A DNA stretch of 64,000 bases from Candidatus Daviesbacteria bacterium (GCA_016187025.1 JACPKM010000001.1:107188-171187), one strand, 5' to 3'. Numbered from the stretch's first letter, positions 10,071-19,755 are shown. Notes: generated from the sequence alone by a model not told the origin. Translations and numbers: made by a program.

Positions 10071-10853
10071 ATGAATTCACTAGACGACTATATCAATAAA
10101 ATAATTTGTGGTGATTGTATTGAAATAATGCAGAAAATGCCTGAAAAAAGCATTGATTTAGCTGTTACCTCACCACCATATAATCTTAAAAACTCTACAG
10201 GTAATGGCATGAAGGACGGAAGGGGTGGTAAATGGGCAAATGCACAACTACAAAAGGGCTACCACAACTATGATGACAATATGCCACATGATCTGTATGC
10301 GACATGGCAAAGGAAATGTTTAGAAGAAATGATGAGATTGTTAAAAGATGATGGGGCAATTTTCTATAATCACAAATGGCGTGTTCAGGATGGTTTACTT
10401 CAAGATAGACAAGATATAGTTTCAGGTTTTCCAGTCAGACAAATAATCATATGGCATCGCAACGGCGGTATTAACTTTAATAGAGGCTATTTTTTACCAA
10501 CGTACGAGGTAATTTATTTAATCGCAAAGAAGAATTTCAAGTTAGCACCAAAAGCTAATGCGTATGGCGATGTGTGGGATATTGGGCAAGATCTCAATAA
10601 TCCCCACCCCGCACCATTTCCGGTAGAACTTATTGAACGGATAATAGGTTCAACAACTGCAAATATCATCCTCGATCCTTTTATTGGTTCTGGAACCACT
10701 GCGGTAGTAGCTAAACAACTGGGAAGAAAATATATCGGCATTGACGTGTCACCTGAATACTGCAAAATGGCTGAAAATCGGATAGAAAAAGGATACTTTG
10801 CTAAAAAGAATCAAGAACGTATGCCTTTATTTTCAGATGATTCTTTGATATAA
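10071..10853 (+). CDS. Beta-class N4-cytosine/N6-adenine DNA methyltransferase
   Basis: TSPPY precedes HPAPFP and DPFIGSGTT. Confidence 0.92.
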   Translation: MNSLDDYINKIICGDCIEIMQKMPEKSIDLAVTSPPYNLKNSTGNGMKDGRGGKWANAQLQKGYHNYDDNMPHDLYATWQRKCLEEMMRLLKDDGAIFYNHKWRVQDGLLQDRQDIVSGFPVRQIIIWHRNGGINFNRGYFLPTYEVIYLIAKKNFKLAPKANAYGDVWDIGQDLNNPHPAPFPVELIERIIGSTTANIILDPFIGSGTTAVVAKQLGRKYIGIDVSPEYCKMAENRIEKGYFAKKNQERMPLFSDDSLI

Positions 10854-10862
10854 GATAACATC

Positions 10863-11651
10863 ATGCAACTTTATACAAAAGATGAACTAATTAAAAGATT
10901 AAAAAAATTGGCAGAAATGGGTTGGATCCCAAATGGTAGGTTTGGGAACCATGGCGGTATAGGAAATACTTTAGAAGATTTTCTAGAAATTGAAGAAAAC
11001 AATTTACCTATTCCAAATGCTGCAGAATGGGAACTTAAATCACAACGGGCAAATACAACTTCCCTTACTACTCTTTTCCATATGGAACCATCACCAAGAG
11101 CTGTAGGATTTGTACCAAAAGTTTTATTGCCTCTTTATGGGTGGGGACATCAAGGGGCGGGAACTACCTATAACGCAGAAGAGATGAGTTTTAGGCAAAC
11201 AATTCATGGATTATCTCATAGCGACAGAGGCTTTATTGTGCAAATTGATAGGATTGCTAAAAAAATTCTGGTTTCTTTTGATGCTTCTAAAGTTAGCGAA
11301 AAACATACAAAGTGGTTAGAAGGCGTAAAAGAGAAAGTTGGTTTAGGTGAACTTAACCCACAACCATACTGGGGATTTGACGATCTTGAACATAAAGCAG
11401 GTACTAAATTATTAAATTGTTTTTATGTTCAAGCTGAAGTCAAAACCGAGAAAGGAAAAGAGTTCTATTGGTATAACAAAGCACAGATGTTGCAGAAATT
11501 TAGATTCGAAGGATTATTGGAAGCACTTGAAAAAGGCGTGATGCTAGTAGACTTCGATGCACGGACAGGACACAACCATGGTACAAAATTTAGGCTGAAA
11601 CAAAATCGCCTTCCGATGTTATACGAAAAAGTGACGACTGTCGTAGGTTAA
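10863..11651 (+). CDS. MvaI/BcnI-family restriction endonuclease
   Basis: GGIGNTLE..ENN..ELKS..TTLFH and HNHGTKFR motifs; adjacent to the MTase. Confidence 0.85.
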   Translation: MQLYTKDELIKRLKKLAEMGWIPNGRFGNHGGIGNTLEDFLEIEENNLPIPNAAEWELKSQRANTTSLTTLFHMEPSPRAVGFVPKVLLPLYGWGHQGAGTTYNAEEMSFRQTIHGLSHSDRGFIVQIDRIAKKILVSFDASKVSEKHTKWLEGVKEKVGLGELNPQPYWGFDDLEHKAGTKLLNCFYVQAEVKTEKGKEFYWYNKAQMLQKFRFEGLLEALEKGVMLVDFDARTGHNHGTKFRLKQNRLPMLYEKVTTVVG

Positions 11652-11675
11652 TATCTTCACCTGTGAAATAGATCT

Positions 11676-11807
11676 TCAACTTTTACACCAAACTTTCATG
11701 AGATTTTCATCAATAATTTTAAGTAAAGATTCTTCACCTATCTTTAAACGATCATATTCTTTTTTAAGCGTTTCTATCCTTTTTTGATATTGAAGGGGAG
11801 TTGACAT
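11676..11807 (-). pseudogene. Truncated Fic paralog (N-terminal part only)
   Basis: MSTPLQYQKRIETLKKEYDRLKIGEESLL matches the N-terminus of 7246..8124; the upstream region is also duplicated. Confidence 0.85.
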
Positions 11808-11891
11808 AGCTGCTGCATTATATCAAATTCATGTCATTTTGTCAATTTAACGTGAATTATAGCCTTTTGCGATATAAATTCACGGTATTTG

Positions 11892-11996
11892 CTCGGCCGA
11901 CAGGACTTATTCAGAAACCGAGAAATAGAGTTTGGGTTTAATTTACAGGACATTCAAACAATCTATTCTATCTTCAATTTATCATTACAACATTAG
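11892..11996 (+). repeat. att junction plus LSR tail remnant
   Basis: GCTC core; reads LGRQDLFRNREIEFGFNLQDIQTIYSIFNLSLQH*. Confidence 0.55.
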
Positions 11997-12031
11997 TTTT
12001 AGGAAAGGAGGATATCAAAAATTGATATATC

Positions 12032-12520
12032 TTATTTCACCTCACTGGCGAGAACGTAATCTTCATCTTCTGTAGGAGCTTGCCAATACTTCAAATAACT
12101 GTCAAACATCTCTCTGCTAATCTTAAAAGATTCTTTCGTAAGATTAACGTTTCTTCCAACAACCCTTTCCCGTATCGTTTCTATCGGAGTATCAAGATAA
12201 TACAATACCTCTTTAGCACCTAGTGCCTCTATTCTTTTCTTCATTTTAACTCGTTGTTCCTTTTCCCAAAAACCCTCGTCAATAATGACATCAATACCTT
12301 TCTCAACAAGTTGGAATGCAACATCTCTTGATAACTCGATGATTTTAGTATCCCATTCCGCATATCCATCGATTGTGGGATCATTTCCAATTAAACTGAT
12401 TGACCACTCATCCTTCGTGATCTTCACTGCACCAGTTTTTTCCTCTAGCTTCTTTGCAAAAGTAGTTTTACCAGCACCGATAAATCCACAAATTACATAA
12501 ACAATAGGTTGTGTTTTCAT
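12032..12520 (-). CDS. P-loop kinase (AAA_33-like)
   Basis: GFIGAGKTT Walker A and VIIDEGF. Confidence 0.85.
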   Translation of the reverse strand: MKTQPIVYVICGFIGAGKTTFAKKLEEKTGAVKITKDEWSISLIGNDPTIDGYAEWDTKIIELSRDVAFQLVEKGIDVIIDEGFWEKEQRVKMKKRIEALGAKEVLYYLDTPIETIRERVVGRNVNLTKESFKISREMFDSYLKYWQAPTEDEDYVLASEVK

Positions 12521-12599
12521 TAACGTATTATACTAGGTTCTAAATCAAATTAAGAAACTACGCATAGGTGTTGAGGCTAATTGAAGCTAAAAATATATG

Positions 12600-12671
12600 C
12601 TCCCCCAGCCTTGGATTACTATACCAGAAAATAGCTATATTTCTATCCTGCAAACATTCCAAAATCTAAGC
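12600..12671 (+). repeat. att junction plus LSR tail remnant
   Basis: GCTCCCCCAGCCTTGGATTACTATAC; reads LPQPWITIPENSYISILQTFQNLS; near-copy of 14965. Confidence 0.75.
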
Positions 12672-12691
12672 TGCATAACTTTCTCCAGACT

Positions 12692-13300
12692 TTATCTTAA
12701 CTCCTTTTTCATTTCTTCAAATTCTTTCTTACCTATTTCTCCACGAGCATACCTCTCTTTGAGAATATCCAGTGTTGACCTACCTTCATCGCCTCTTTTA
12801 CTCCAACCGCCAAGGTAACGAATAAGGGCAATGACGCCTAAAATTAAGAGAATCCAGAAAGCAAGCATAGTTACCCAGCCTAAAATGCCAAAACCTCCCC
12901 AGCCGCCCATCATATTACCAAAACCTGTTCCCATCATAGGCATAAAGCCCACCCCGCAACCGCTATTTCTTTTACCCATAGCAATGTGCATCTGTTTCTC
13001 TCCCTCCTCGCCCATCATGCTTATCATCATCTGGTTCATGGCAGCATGTCTTTGAGTATCACCAATTGATTGACCCATAAAATACTCACCCAGCACCGCA
13101 TAACTATCATCAGTAAAGTCTTTGCACTCAATTTGTTTTGCTTGGAACTTTTCCCAAATTGCTTTTCCCTCAACTTCTTCACGGGCAGTATGGTCATCAG
13201 ATGGGGATGTTGCTTGTGCCCGCACTGACTCTCCACTTATTATAAAAACCAAAAGAAAGAAGGCTGCTATCAGAGTTGTGCTTAGATAACCGGCATGCAT
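12692..13300 (-). CDS. SHOCT-domain membrane protein, Met/Gly-rich
   Basis: C-terminal LDILKERYARGEIGKKEFEEMKKEL and TM segments. Confidence 0.8.
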   Translation of the reverse strand: MHAGYLSTTLIAAFFLLVFIISGESVRAQATSPSDDHTAREEVEGKAIWEKFQAKQIECKDFTDDSYAVLGEYFMGQSIGDTQRHAAMNQMMISMMGEEGEKQMHIAMGKRNSGCGVGFMPMMGTGFGNMMGGWGGFGILGWVTMLAFWILLILGVIALIRYLGGWSKRGDEGRSTLDILKERYARGEIGKKEFEEMKKELR

Positions 13301-13310
13301 TGCAGATGAG

Positions 13311-14255
13311 TTACAAATCCTTAACTTGTAGTACCACTTTACCTTGCGGATGGCCTTCTTCTAAATGCTCAAACGCCTCTTTTGCCTCCTCTAGAGGAAA
13401 TACTTTATCAATATGTATCTTGATTTTCCCATTCATAACAAGTTCAGCTAAGCGGTTCAATGCTTGGGTACTTGTAACTGTATTTTGTCCAATGGCTGTA
13501 ACACCATACTTTTGGGCTAGTTCTGCGTTTGGAGCACCAAACATTGAAACAATAACCCCTCCCTTTTTGAGTACTTGAAAAGATTTATCTGAAGTTTCAC
13601 CCCCAACAGTATCAAAAACAGCATCAAAGTCCTTTAAAACTTGTTCGAAGATTTGCGCTTGGTAATCTATGACCTCATCTGCACCTAAAGATTTAACATA
13701 TTCTATATCTTTACTACCTACTGTTGTTGCCACATATGCACCCAAGGATTTAGCCAGTTGTATAGCAATAGTTCCTATACCACCTGCCCCACCTGTAATG
13801 AGAATTTTTTGACCGTTTTTAAGTTTTATATAATCTTCTAATGCTTGTATTGCACTTGCTCCTACTAATGGAAGTGCTGCTGCTTGCGCAAAATCTACAT
13901 TCTTAGGTTTTAAAGCAGTGTTTCCTGTATTTGCAGCCAAATTTTCTGCAAATGCGCCTGATCCCCCATTTAAAACAATTGCAGATCCATAAACTGAATC
14001 ACCTACTTTAAGATCAGTTACTCCTTCTCCAAGTTCTAGTATAACGCCAGCGAAATCTCCACCCAAAGTGGCTGGAAATTGTAATGGCATCATTTCTTTT
14101 AAGAACCCAGCCCGGATTTTGTAATCTATGGGGTTAATACTTGCTGCATAAACTTCTACAAGCAGCTGATTTTTAGCAAGGTTTGGTTTTGGAGTGTTTT
14201 CATTAATTTCTAAAACATCTATCCCACCATATGTGTTAATTTGTACTGCTTTCAT
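13311..14255 (-). CDS. NADP-dependent quinone oxidoreductase (MDR family)
   Basis: AASINPID, GGAGGIG and GKVVL motifs. Confidence 0.92.
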   Translation of the reverse strand: MKAVQINTYGGIDVLEINENTPKPNLAKNQLLVEVYAASINPIDYKIRAGFLKEMMPLQFPATLGGDFAGVILELGEGVTDLKVGDSVYGSAIVLNGGSGAFAENLAANTGNTALKPKNVDFAQAAALPLVGASAIQALEDYIKLKNGQKILITGGAGGIGTIAIQLAKSLGAYVATTVGSKDIEYVKSLGADEVIDYQAQIFEQVLKDFDAVFDTVGGETSDKSFQVLKKGGVIVSMFGAPNAELAQKYGVTAIGQNTVTSTQALNRLAELVMNGKIKIHIDKVFPLEEAKEAFEHLEEGHPQGKVVLQVKDL

Positions 14256-14343
14256 ACAAAACAATTATATCTCATTTACATAAGAAGGGTGCAATAAACT
14301 TTACCCGGATATTAAAGAGAGTCAGGTTAAGTTTTCAGTTATG

Positions 14344-14378
14344 CTCCCCCAATTGGACACGCTTAGAACTTTTAACCA
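14344..14378 (+). repeat. att junction plus short LSR tail remnant
   Basis: GCTCCCCC is identical to the tRNA-Asn end; reads (M)LPQLDTLRTFN. Confidence 0.6.
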
Positions 14379-14639
14379 TTATTCACTGGCGGATTTATGG
14401 AGAATAGAAGAAGCCAGTGTTTGGTAAGGAATACCCTCCTTTACAGCCTTAGCTTTTAATTTCTGTAAATCTCTTTCTGAAAGCCTCAGGTTAATGTTTC
14501 TGGTTTTATTCAGGGTATTCCTGGCAATTTGCATTAATTCCTTTTTGCGCTTAGCAAAATTCTTAACTGGTTTCCACTCACCTCTTTCAATCTCAGCCAG
14601 AAGTTCCTGTTCTTCTTGATCTAATTCAAAATATTTCAT
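14379..14639 (-). CDS. BrnA/CopG-like antitoxin
   Basis: RNINLRLS..LK.KA..EGIPYQTL; coupled to a BrnT-like toxin. Confidence 0.85.
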   Translation of the reverse strand: MKYFELDQEEQELLAEIERGEWKPVKNFAKRKKELMQIARNTLNKTRNINLRLSERDLQKLKAKAVKEGIPYQTLASSILHKSASE

Positions 14640-14923
14640 TATTTATTTTCACCTCCAAATAAATATTTTTTAGTTGCTTTCCTTGAAGGAAAGATGGTTT
14701 TTAAAAAAATTTTCTCTTCATCTTCCACATAAGGAACATAGTAAGCATAACCCTCTATCTCAACAATTAATATTCTCTGGTTGGGATAACGCTTCTTACT
14801 CGGATGATCAATCTCATCTAGCACTCTCCCTGCTTCAATAGCTATTTGCACATCCTCAAAAGAAACCTCCCTTAATTCCGTTAAAAGGGAATTTTTCTCT
14901 TCATCCCAATCAAAGTATTTCAC
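14639..14923 (-). CDS. BrnT-like toxin
   Basis: FDWDEEKN..REVSFE..YPNQ..FLKTIFPSRK. Confidence 0.85.
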   Translation of the reverse strand: MKYFDWDEEKNSLLTELREVSFEDVQIAIEAGRVLDEIDHPSKKRYPNQRILIVEIEGYAYYVPYVEDEEKIFLKTIFPSRKATKKYLFGGENK

Positions 14924-14964
14924 TTTAGTATTTTATGACAAATCATATCATTTGTCAATATGTG

Positions 14965-15104
14965 CTCCCCCAGCCTTGGATTACAATACCACCAAATTCC
15001 TTTATTTCCATGCTTCAGACATTCCAAAACCTAAGTTAGATTGGAGAAATGAATCACTTCGTGCTTCTTGCTTCGCAATGTGACAAAGGTGGGAAGAAAT
15101 TAAA
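14965..15104 (+). repeat. att junction plus LSR tail remnant interrupted by a 29-bp insertion
   Basis: LPQPWITIPPNSFISMLQTFQNLS*IGEM[insertion 15053-15081]RQRWEEIK. Confidence 0.75.
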
Positions 15105-15151
15105 GCCAGCTCTCCAAAGGGGAGGATTTTAGACAAATTACAGGGTTATAG

Positions 15152-15484
15152 TTATTTAACTCTATGAAGGTATGCAACTCCTTTATGATCTTCGGGGATA
15201 ATTTTTATCTCTAGTTTAGCTTTTAAAGCTTTAGTGACCTTTTCCAGAGTAGTTAAGGTATATCTAGTGTAATCAGCATCTTCAATTCTGGCAATATTGG
15301 ATTGTTTGGTGCCAACCATTTCTGCCAGCTTTTTTTGAGTTAAACCAGCCTTCTCTCTTAAATCACGGATCTGAAAAGCTATATCCCAAGCCCGATCAGC
15401 CTTATCTAATTCCTCCTGGAAGGAAGGATCTTCCTTGAGGATTTTTTCAAATGTCCTATCTAAATCATCTTTTGGTCTGTTCAT
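15152..15484 (-). CDS. HigA-like XRE antitoxin
   Basis: LREKAGLTQKKLAEMVGTKQSNIARIE. Confidence 0.85.
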   Translation of the reverse strand: MNRPKDDLDRTFEKILKEDPSFQEELDKADRAWDIAFQIRDLREKAGLTQKKLAEMVGTKQSNIARIEDADYTRYTLTTLEKVTKALKAKLEIKIIPEDHKGVAYLHRVK

Positions 15485-15842
15485 TTTGATTTTCCTCCCT
15501 TTCTTTAACTTCTTTTAATCTTCGTCTGGCTAATTCCAAATCACCTACTGGTGTTTTCTGATCTTTTTTAGTAAAGCCATGTAATAAAATTATTATTCTC
15601 CCTTTCTCAAAAGTATAGATTATCCTCAGTATATCTGTTCCTGCTCTGACTCGCAGCTCCCAAAGTCCTGACTCTAAATGCTTTGATAATGGCTCTTTAT
15701 GGTAAGCTCTGTTCCTAATTTTTTCAATTGCTTTAGAAACCTGAGCTGCCAAAGGACCGTTCACTCTCTTAAGCTCTACCAAAAACTCTTCAACTGGCTG
15801 TTTTCCACTACTGTCTTGGTAATAAATAACTTTAAAGTCCAT
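15465..15842 (-). CDS. HigB/RelE (Gp49-like) toxin
   Basis: LWELRVR..RIIY..ILLHGFTKKDQKTP. Confidence 0.88.
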   Translation of the reverse strand: MDFKVIYYQDSSGKQPVEEFLVELKRVNGPLAAQVSKAIEKIRNRAYHKEPLSKHLESGLWELRVRAGTDILRIIYTFEKGRIIILLHGFTKKDQKTPVGDLELARRRLKEVKEREENQNEQTKR

Positions 15843-16119
15843 AAATATTATATATCATTTTTGATATGTCAATCAAGTGTCATCTTTTCCTGATCTTCTA
15901 TTTTACTCAGTTCCACTTAAATCAGCTACTTGGTAACCATAGCATCGCCATAATATCATAGAGAAGAAAAGTAAGCTGGCAGTAAAAATTGAGGCTAAAA
16001 GAAATGTGCTCCACGAAGTTGGCGCACTTACGTAAAACAAACCACCGGGGGTCACCACATACTGCGTAAGTCCTGGAATTACTATACCTACAGATAAAGG
16101 ATGCCGGGAACTCAAGGAA

Positions 16120-17337
16120 TTAACTTAAAACTAGATTCATCCCATGCTCTAAAAGTTTGTTATGTAGTCGGTCATAAATAAACCTCTCTGGGGAATCATT
16201 TTCCAACTTCAAACTAAAGTCTGTCATAAATGAAAAAGTTTGGGGGAAAGCTAAATAGAAATCCCGATAGAATCCATTTAAGGCATTTTCTGCACTTTCT
16301 GCAGATCCATCTACAGCTTCAAAATCAATTCCTCTTAAAGATTGCATAAAAGCATACTTTGCCACTAGCTCTTGTAAAGAGATCACACCTAAACTAGTTT
16401 CAAAAGGTCTTCTTTTTTCTCGACGAGCAAAACCATCTTGCCTAGCCTCTTTGATATAAGCTGGAAGTTCTTGAAGAGTTTTAAGAAAAAGAGTATCCGG
16501 GTGAAATTCATGAGCAGAAACCGTCTTATAAAAATCTAAAGATAAACCCGCTTTTATGCAATTATAAAAGTAGCTAATTGTTCTGTCTAAGTTTGCTCGG
16601 TCTATTGACTTTAAGCTTGGGGTATTTGCATCTGGTAGTAGTCCATAGGGATTTCCGGAACCATCTTGAGTAAAATAAGCTACAAGTAGAATAGTAATAC
16701 CTGCGGGGCGAGATTGATTATCTTGAGCTAAAATTAACTGTTGCTCTCTAGGTAACGTACCTCTAAAACCAAAGTCAACAAAATAGGCCGCTTTATTCGC
16801 CAAACCATTTCTTAAGTAAAAATCCCTCAGATCCCGTCTCTCATCACTTTTTTGGTTAGGATATAGTTCTCTGGGCGCAAGATGTGCGTATAAAGCTCCC
16901 CTACTGGAAGGAGAGTAAAGCCATTTACTATCATGTCTTTTGCTATAAGCAATCAAAAATCCTAAACTATCTCTTCCTTCAAATATAAAAATTGGTTCTT
17001 TTTTTTGACCAGTTTTTTGATCAACATCTTTAATACCATCAATCCAATCTGCAACAGACGCGTAAAAAGGAGCTAGCCTCTGTCCAGCTTGATAATAAAT
17101 CCCAGCAAGGAAATTAAGCTGTAATGTCAAATCTGGGCTAACACTGTAACCTCTAGGCATAGCTTTCCTTGCCAAAAAAGGTATATAACCCACCACTCTT
17201 TGATAATCGTCACCAACTAAAGCTTCTTTCCTGTCGGAATTACCAACTGATCCAGTAGTTATAGTTGTTAAGTCTCTTCTCGCTTCAGCTAAGATCTCCT
17301 CTCTGAGTGCATTTTGACCTCTTTCCTCACTTACCAT
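16120..17337 (-). CDS. Hypothetical protein
   Basis: 405-aa ORF; GRDS, SRG and FVDFGFRGTL motifs suggest a PRTase/HAD-associated domain. Confidence 0.7.
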   Translation of the reverse strand: MVSEERGQNALREEILAEARRDLTTITTGSVGNSDRKEALVGDDYQRVVGYIPFLARKAMPRGYSVSPDLTLQLNFLAGIYYQAGQRLAPFYASVADWIDGIKDVDQKTGQKKEPIFIFEGRDSLGFLIAYSKRHDSKWLYSPSSRGALYAHLAPRELYPNQKSDERRDLRDFYLRNGLANKAAYFVDFGFRGTLPREQQLILAQDNQSRPAGITILLVAYFTQDGSGNPYGLLPDANTPSLKSIDRANLDRTISYFYNCIKAGLSLDFYKTVSAHEFHPDTLFLKTLQELPAYIKEARQDGFARREKRRPFETSLGVISLQELVAKYAFMQSLRGIDFEAVDGSAESAENALNGFYRDFYLAFPQTFSFMTDFSLKLENDSPERFIYDRLHNKLLEHGMNLVLS

Positions 17338-17423
17338 AGAGGGATGATATCATGAATGAAGCTAAGATACAAACTATGGGTCACTTAGGACAATATTTTT
17401 CTAGGGACTGAAGAGGAATAAGA

Positions 17424-17666
17424 TTATTCCCCAGCTGCTTTCTTTAGGATTTCTATGTCAATTTTTTTCATTTTCAGAAAAGCCTCAGTCACCATTTCAC
17501 TTTTTCCGGGATCAGACATAAGCGCTATTAAAACTGTTGGTACTATTTGCCAAGAGAGACTAAATTTATCCTTAAGCCATCCGCACTGCACCTCTTCTCC
17601 CCCATCTTGAGTTAATTTCTCCCAGTAATAATCTACTTCATCTTGATCTTTGCAACTAACTAAAAA
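17424..17666 (-). pseudogene. 5'-truncated VOC/PhnB (3-dmu-9 3-mt) family gene
   Basis: FLVSCKDQDEVDYYWEKL..CGWLKDKFSLSWQIVP..MKKIDIEILKKAAGE*; no N-terminal half. Confidence 0.85.
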
Positions 17667-17688
17667 TAAAGGGAATATTAACTATATT

Positions 17689-17730
17689 TGGCTCCGTTTA
17701 ATGTCGGATGTTTAAACTTATTTTACATCC
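17689..17730 (+). repeat. att junction plus degenerate LSR tail remnant
   Basis: TGGCTCC matches the tRNA-Asn 3' end; reads WLRLMSDV*TYF. Confidence 0.5.
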
Positions 17731-17750
17731 TCAATGTTATAATCTTAAGC

Positions 17751-18767
17751 ATGAGTAATGAGGTAGTCAGGAGCGTTTGTTATTTTACAGACAATCCCAA
17801 CCAACAAACAGTAGATAAAGTTAACGAACTTGAGGCTAAATTAGTTGAAAAAGGCTATGAAGTCCAGACTAAGAGAGTTTGTACTCCCATAGCAGACCCG
17901 ATAGAGCTTCAGGAAAGAGTTGGAGATAAGACATGGCTTCTTTGCGTTGGGACTCTTCCTTTTGAACAAGCCGTAGCTTCACTACCAAAGTTTTATCAGG
18001 CTGATGGAGTATCTTTCAATGTGGACTTAACCTCTATACCTATTGATATCCCTCATACGGCACCTTTGTTTAAGATTATTAAAAACAGGCCTGGTGTTAC
18101 CTTTAATTTTACCTATGTTTTCAACAACAAGCCCTCTTCTCCTTACTTCCCATCTGCAAATTACGCAAGAAACGGATTTTCTATTGGTTTGCAACCTACG
18201 GATTTAGCTGAAGATTGTTCTACTTTGGAAGAGTGGTTAGAAAAAATGAAGGCTAGTTGGCTAAGATTGGATGAAATGCTTGGGAGTGACCCTGATTTCT
18301 TGGGTATTGATAGCTCTATTGCTCCTATTTTCGAAGGTAAAGGAAGCCTTATAAACTTCATTAGGCGACTAGAAATGTCTTTTAGCGGTTCTGTAACTAC
18401 AAATACTTATGTGCGGATTACTCAATTTATGAAAGAACAAAATCCCAAACCAGTAGGACTATGTGGCCTCATGATGCCTTGTCTCGAAGATTTTGAATTG
18501 GCTGATGAATACGAAGGTGGTAATTTCTCTATTGAGAGAAATGTGTTTTTGTCTTTGCATTCCGGTTTAGGTATTGACACTTATCCAATAGGGATAGATG
18601 AAGACCCTAAGCGCGTTGTTGAGATATTGAGGCTAGTTCAGGCTTTATCACAGAAGTATACCAAACCCCTATCAGTTAGATTTGTCTCAGATGGTAAGGC
18701 TGAAATAGGGCAAAGAACAGACTTCCAAAATCAATATCTAAAAGACGTTATAGTAAGACCTTTATAG
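17751..18767 (+). CDS. DUF711-family protein
   Basis: VQTKRV, GIDSSIAP, GLCGLMMPCLED and GLGIDTYP motifs. Confidence 0.8.
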   Translation: MSNEVVRSVCYFTDNPNQQTVDKVNELEAKLVEKGYEVQTKRVCTPIADPIELQERVGDKTWLLCVGTLPFEQAVASLPKFYQADGVSFNVDLTSIPIDIPHTAPLFKIIKNRPGVTFNFTYVFNNKPSSPYFPSANYARNGFSIGLQPTDLAEDCSTLEEWLEKMKASWLRLDEMLGSDPDFLGIDSSIAPIFEGKGSLINFIRRLEMSFSGSVTTNTYVRITQFMKEQNPKPVGLCGLMMPCLEDFELADEYEGGNFSIERNVFLSLHSGLGIDTYPIGIDEDPKRVVEILRLVQALSQKYTKPLSVRFVSDGKAEIGQRTDFQNQYLKDVIVRPL

Positions 18768-18973
18768 TTAATATACTTAAGATTCTTAACTTCTAAAAAC
18801 TACACTAATTGATTTTCCTTCGCGTAAAACAAACCACCTGAAGGTCACCGATTGGTTCGATTACACGCACCACAAGTCTGAGGGATGAGCCCTCAGGCTC
18901 AGATCTTCGATTCCAAGATCGTCACTCAGATTCGAAGAACTCGAAGAGGTGGGTTAGCTTGGCACCTTCTCGG

Positions 18974-19112
18974 CTCCCCAGACCTTGAATTATTATACCC
19001 CAAAGTTTTAGAGGCTTTCAGCAATAAAAGCTATGTTGGAGAATTGAGGCAAAGGTGGCTGGAGATTAAAAAATTACAATTCAACTCTAGTACCAAAATT
19101 TATGTGATGTAG
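18974..19112 (+). repeat. Left att junction plus in-frame-compatible LSR tail of element B
   Basis: SPDLELLYPKVLEAFSNKSYVGELRQRWLEIKKLQ..., in the frame the 25276 integrase uses across the core. Confidence 0.8.
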
Positions 19113-19740
19113 AATCAAAGTGCTGATCTAAACCATCTGCCACTGCTAATAAATTTCTAGCTAAATCCCCTGATTTATCCTTGTAAATCATCGTTCTATA
19201 TAAATCTATAGATTCTAACAAATCCCTGTAAAGTACCACAATCGATACAGGTAACATAAACCTATCTTCTTCCCATTTGATAATCTCGAGATGTTGGAAC
19301 TTAACAGCCTTGTTTTCATAATAATCCCATTGCTCCCTATCTCCTTTATAAAGAAGCCACTCTATAGTTTTATTAGGATCCGTTCTTGAAACCATTTTCT
19401 TAGGACTATAGATATGAACAGTTCCATGCCTATACATATCATAGAGCAAATCACCATGTTTCTCATATAGTTTATCGATATGCGACAATACTTTTTTTAT
19501 AAAGATTTTTGCTTTCTGGGGCGTTGCAAAGTCATCTTTGTCACCATTTTTCTTTTTATTGCCACTCCAACCAGAATAAAGTAATCCGAGAAAATCAATA
19601 TAGCAAAACACCATTCGTGGAACACCAAAATAACCGCCTTCAGGCCTACCGGGTTGAATAATCGGAGAGATGTCAGTGTTTATCGACGTAACAAGATCAT
19701 TGATTATTCTGTCAATCCTTCGTGCCTCTTCATTAATCAT
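19087..19740 (-). CDS. Hypothetical protein, possible HEPN-like
   Basis: IDFLG and YRHGTVH (RxxxxH) motifs. Confidence 0.7.
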   Translation of the reverse strand: MINEEARRIDRIINDLVTSINTDISPIIQPGRPEGGYFGVPRMVFCYIDFLGLLYSGWSGNKKKNGDKDDFATPQKAKIFIKKVLSHIDKLYEKHGDLLYDMYRHGTVHIYSPKKMVSRTDPNKTIEWLLYKGDREQWDYYENKAVKFQHLEIIKWEEDRFMLPVSIVVLYRDLLESIDLYRTMIYKDKSGDLARNLLAVADGLDQHFDSTSHKFWY

Positions 19741-19755
19741 AAATCATAATTTGAC

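Larger units (their letters stand above)
8211..18976. mobile_element. Array of integrase-less modules bounded by att-like junctions (cores at 8211, 11892, 12600, 14344, 14965, 17692, 18974)
   Basis: Each junction has a CTC core followed by a homologous LSR C-terminal tail remnant; cargo genes mostly converge on the tail. Confidence 0.7.

Noticed and set aside
12597-12818. 73-aa ORF as an independent gene
   Set aside because: Its start is the att/LSR tail remnant, and the rest is antisense to the SHOCT gene.
15903-16115. 70-aa minus-strand ORF
   Set aside because: No recognisable family or clear start; possibly a fragment, so it was left uncalled.
8211-18976. Classical integron with attC sites
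   Set aside because: No IntI tyrosine recombinase and no RYYYAAC..GTTRRRY hairpins were seen; the junctions match LSR att sites instead.
18974-19000. Stop-codon recoding (TGA aligned with TGG of other tails)
   Set aside because: Many intact genes end in TGA and long ORFs are open in code 11; this tail uses another frame.
18885-19112. 75-aa ORF as an independent gene
   Set aside because: It is a chimera of repeat-derived sequence and the detached integrase tail.
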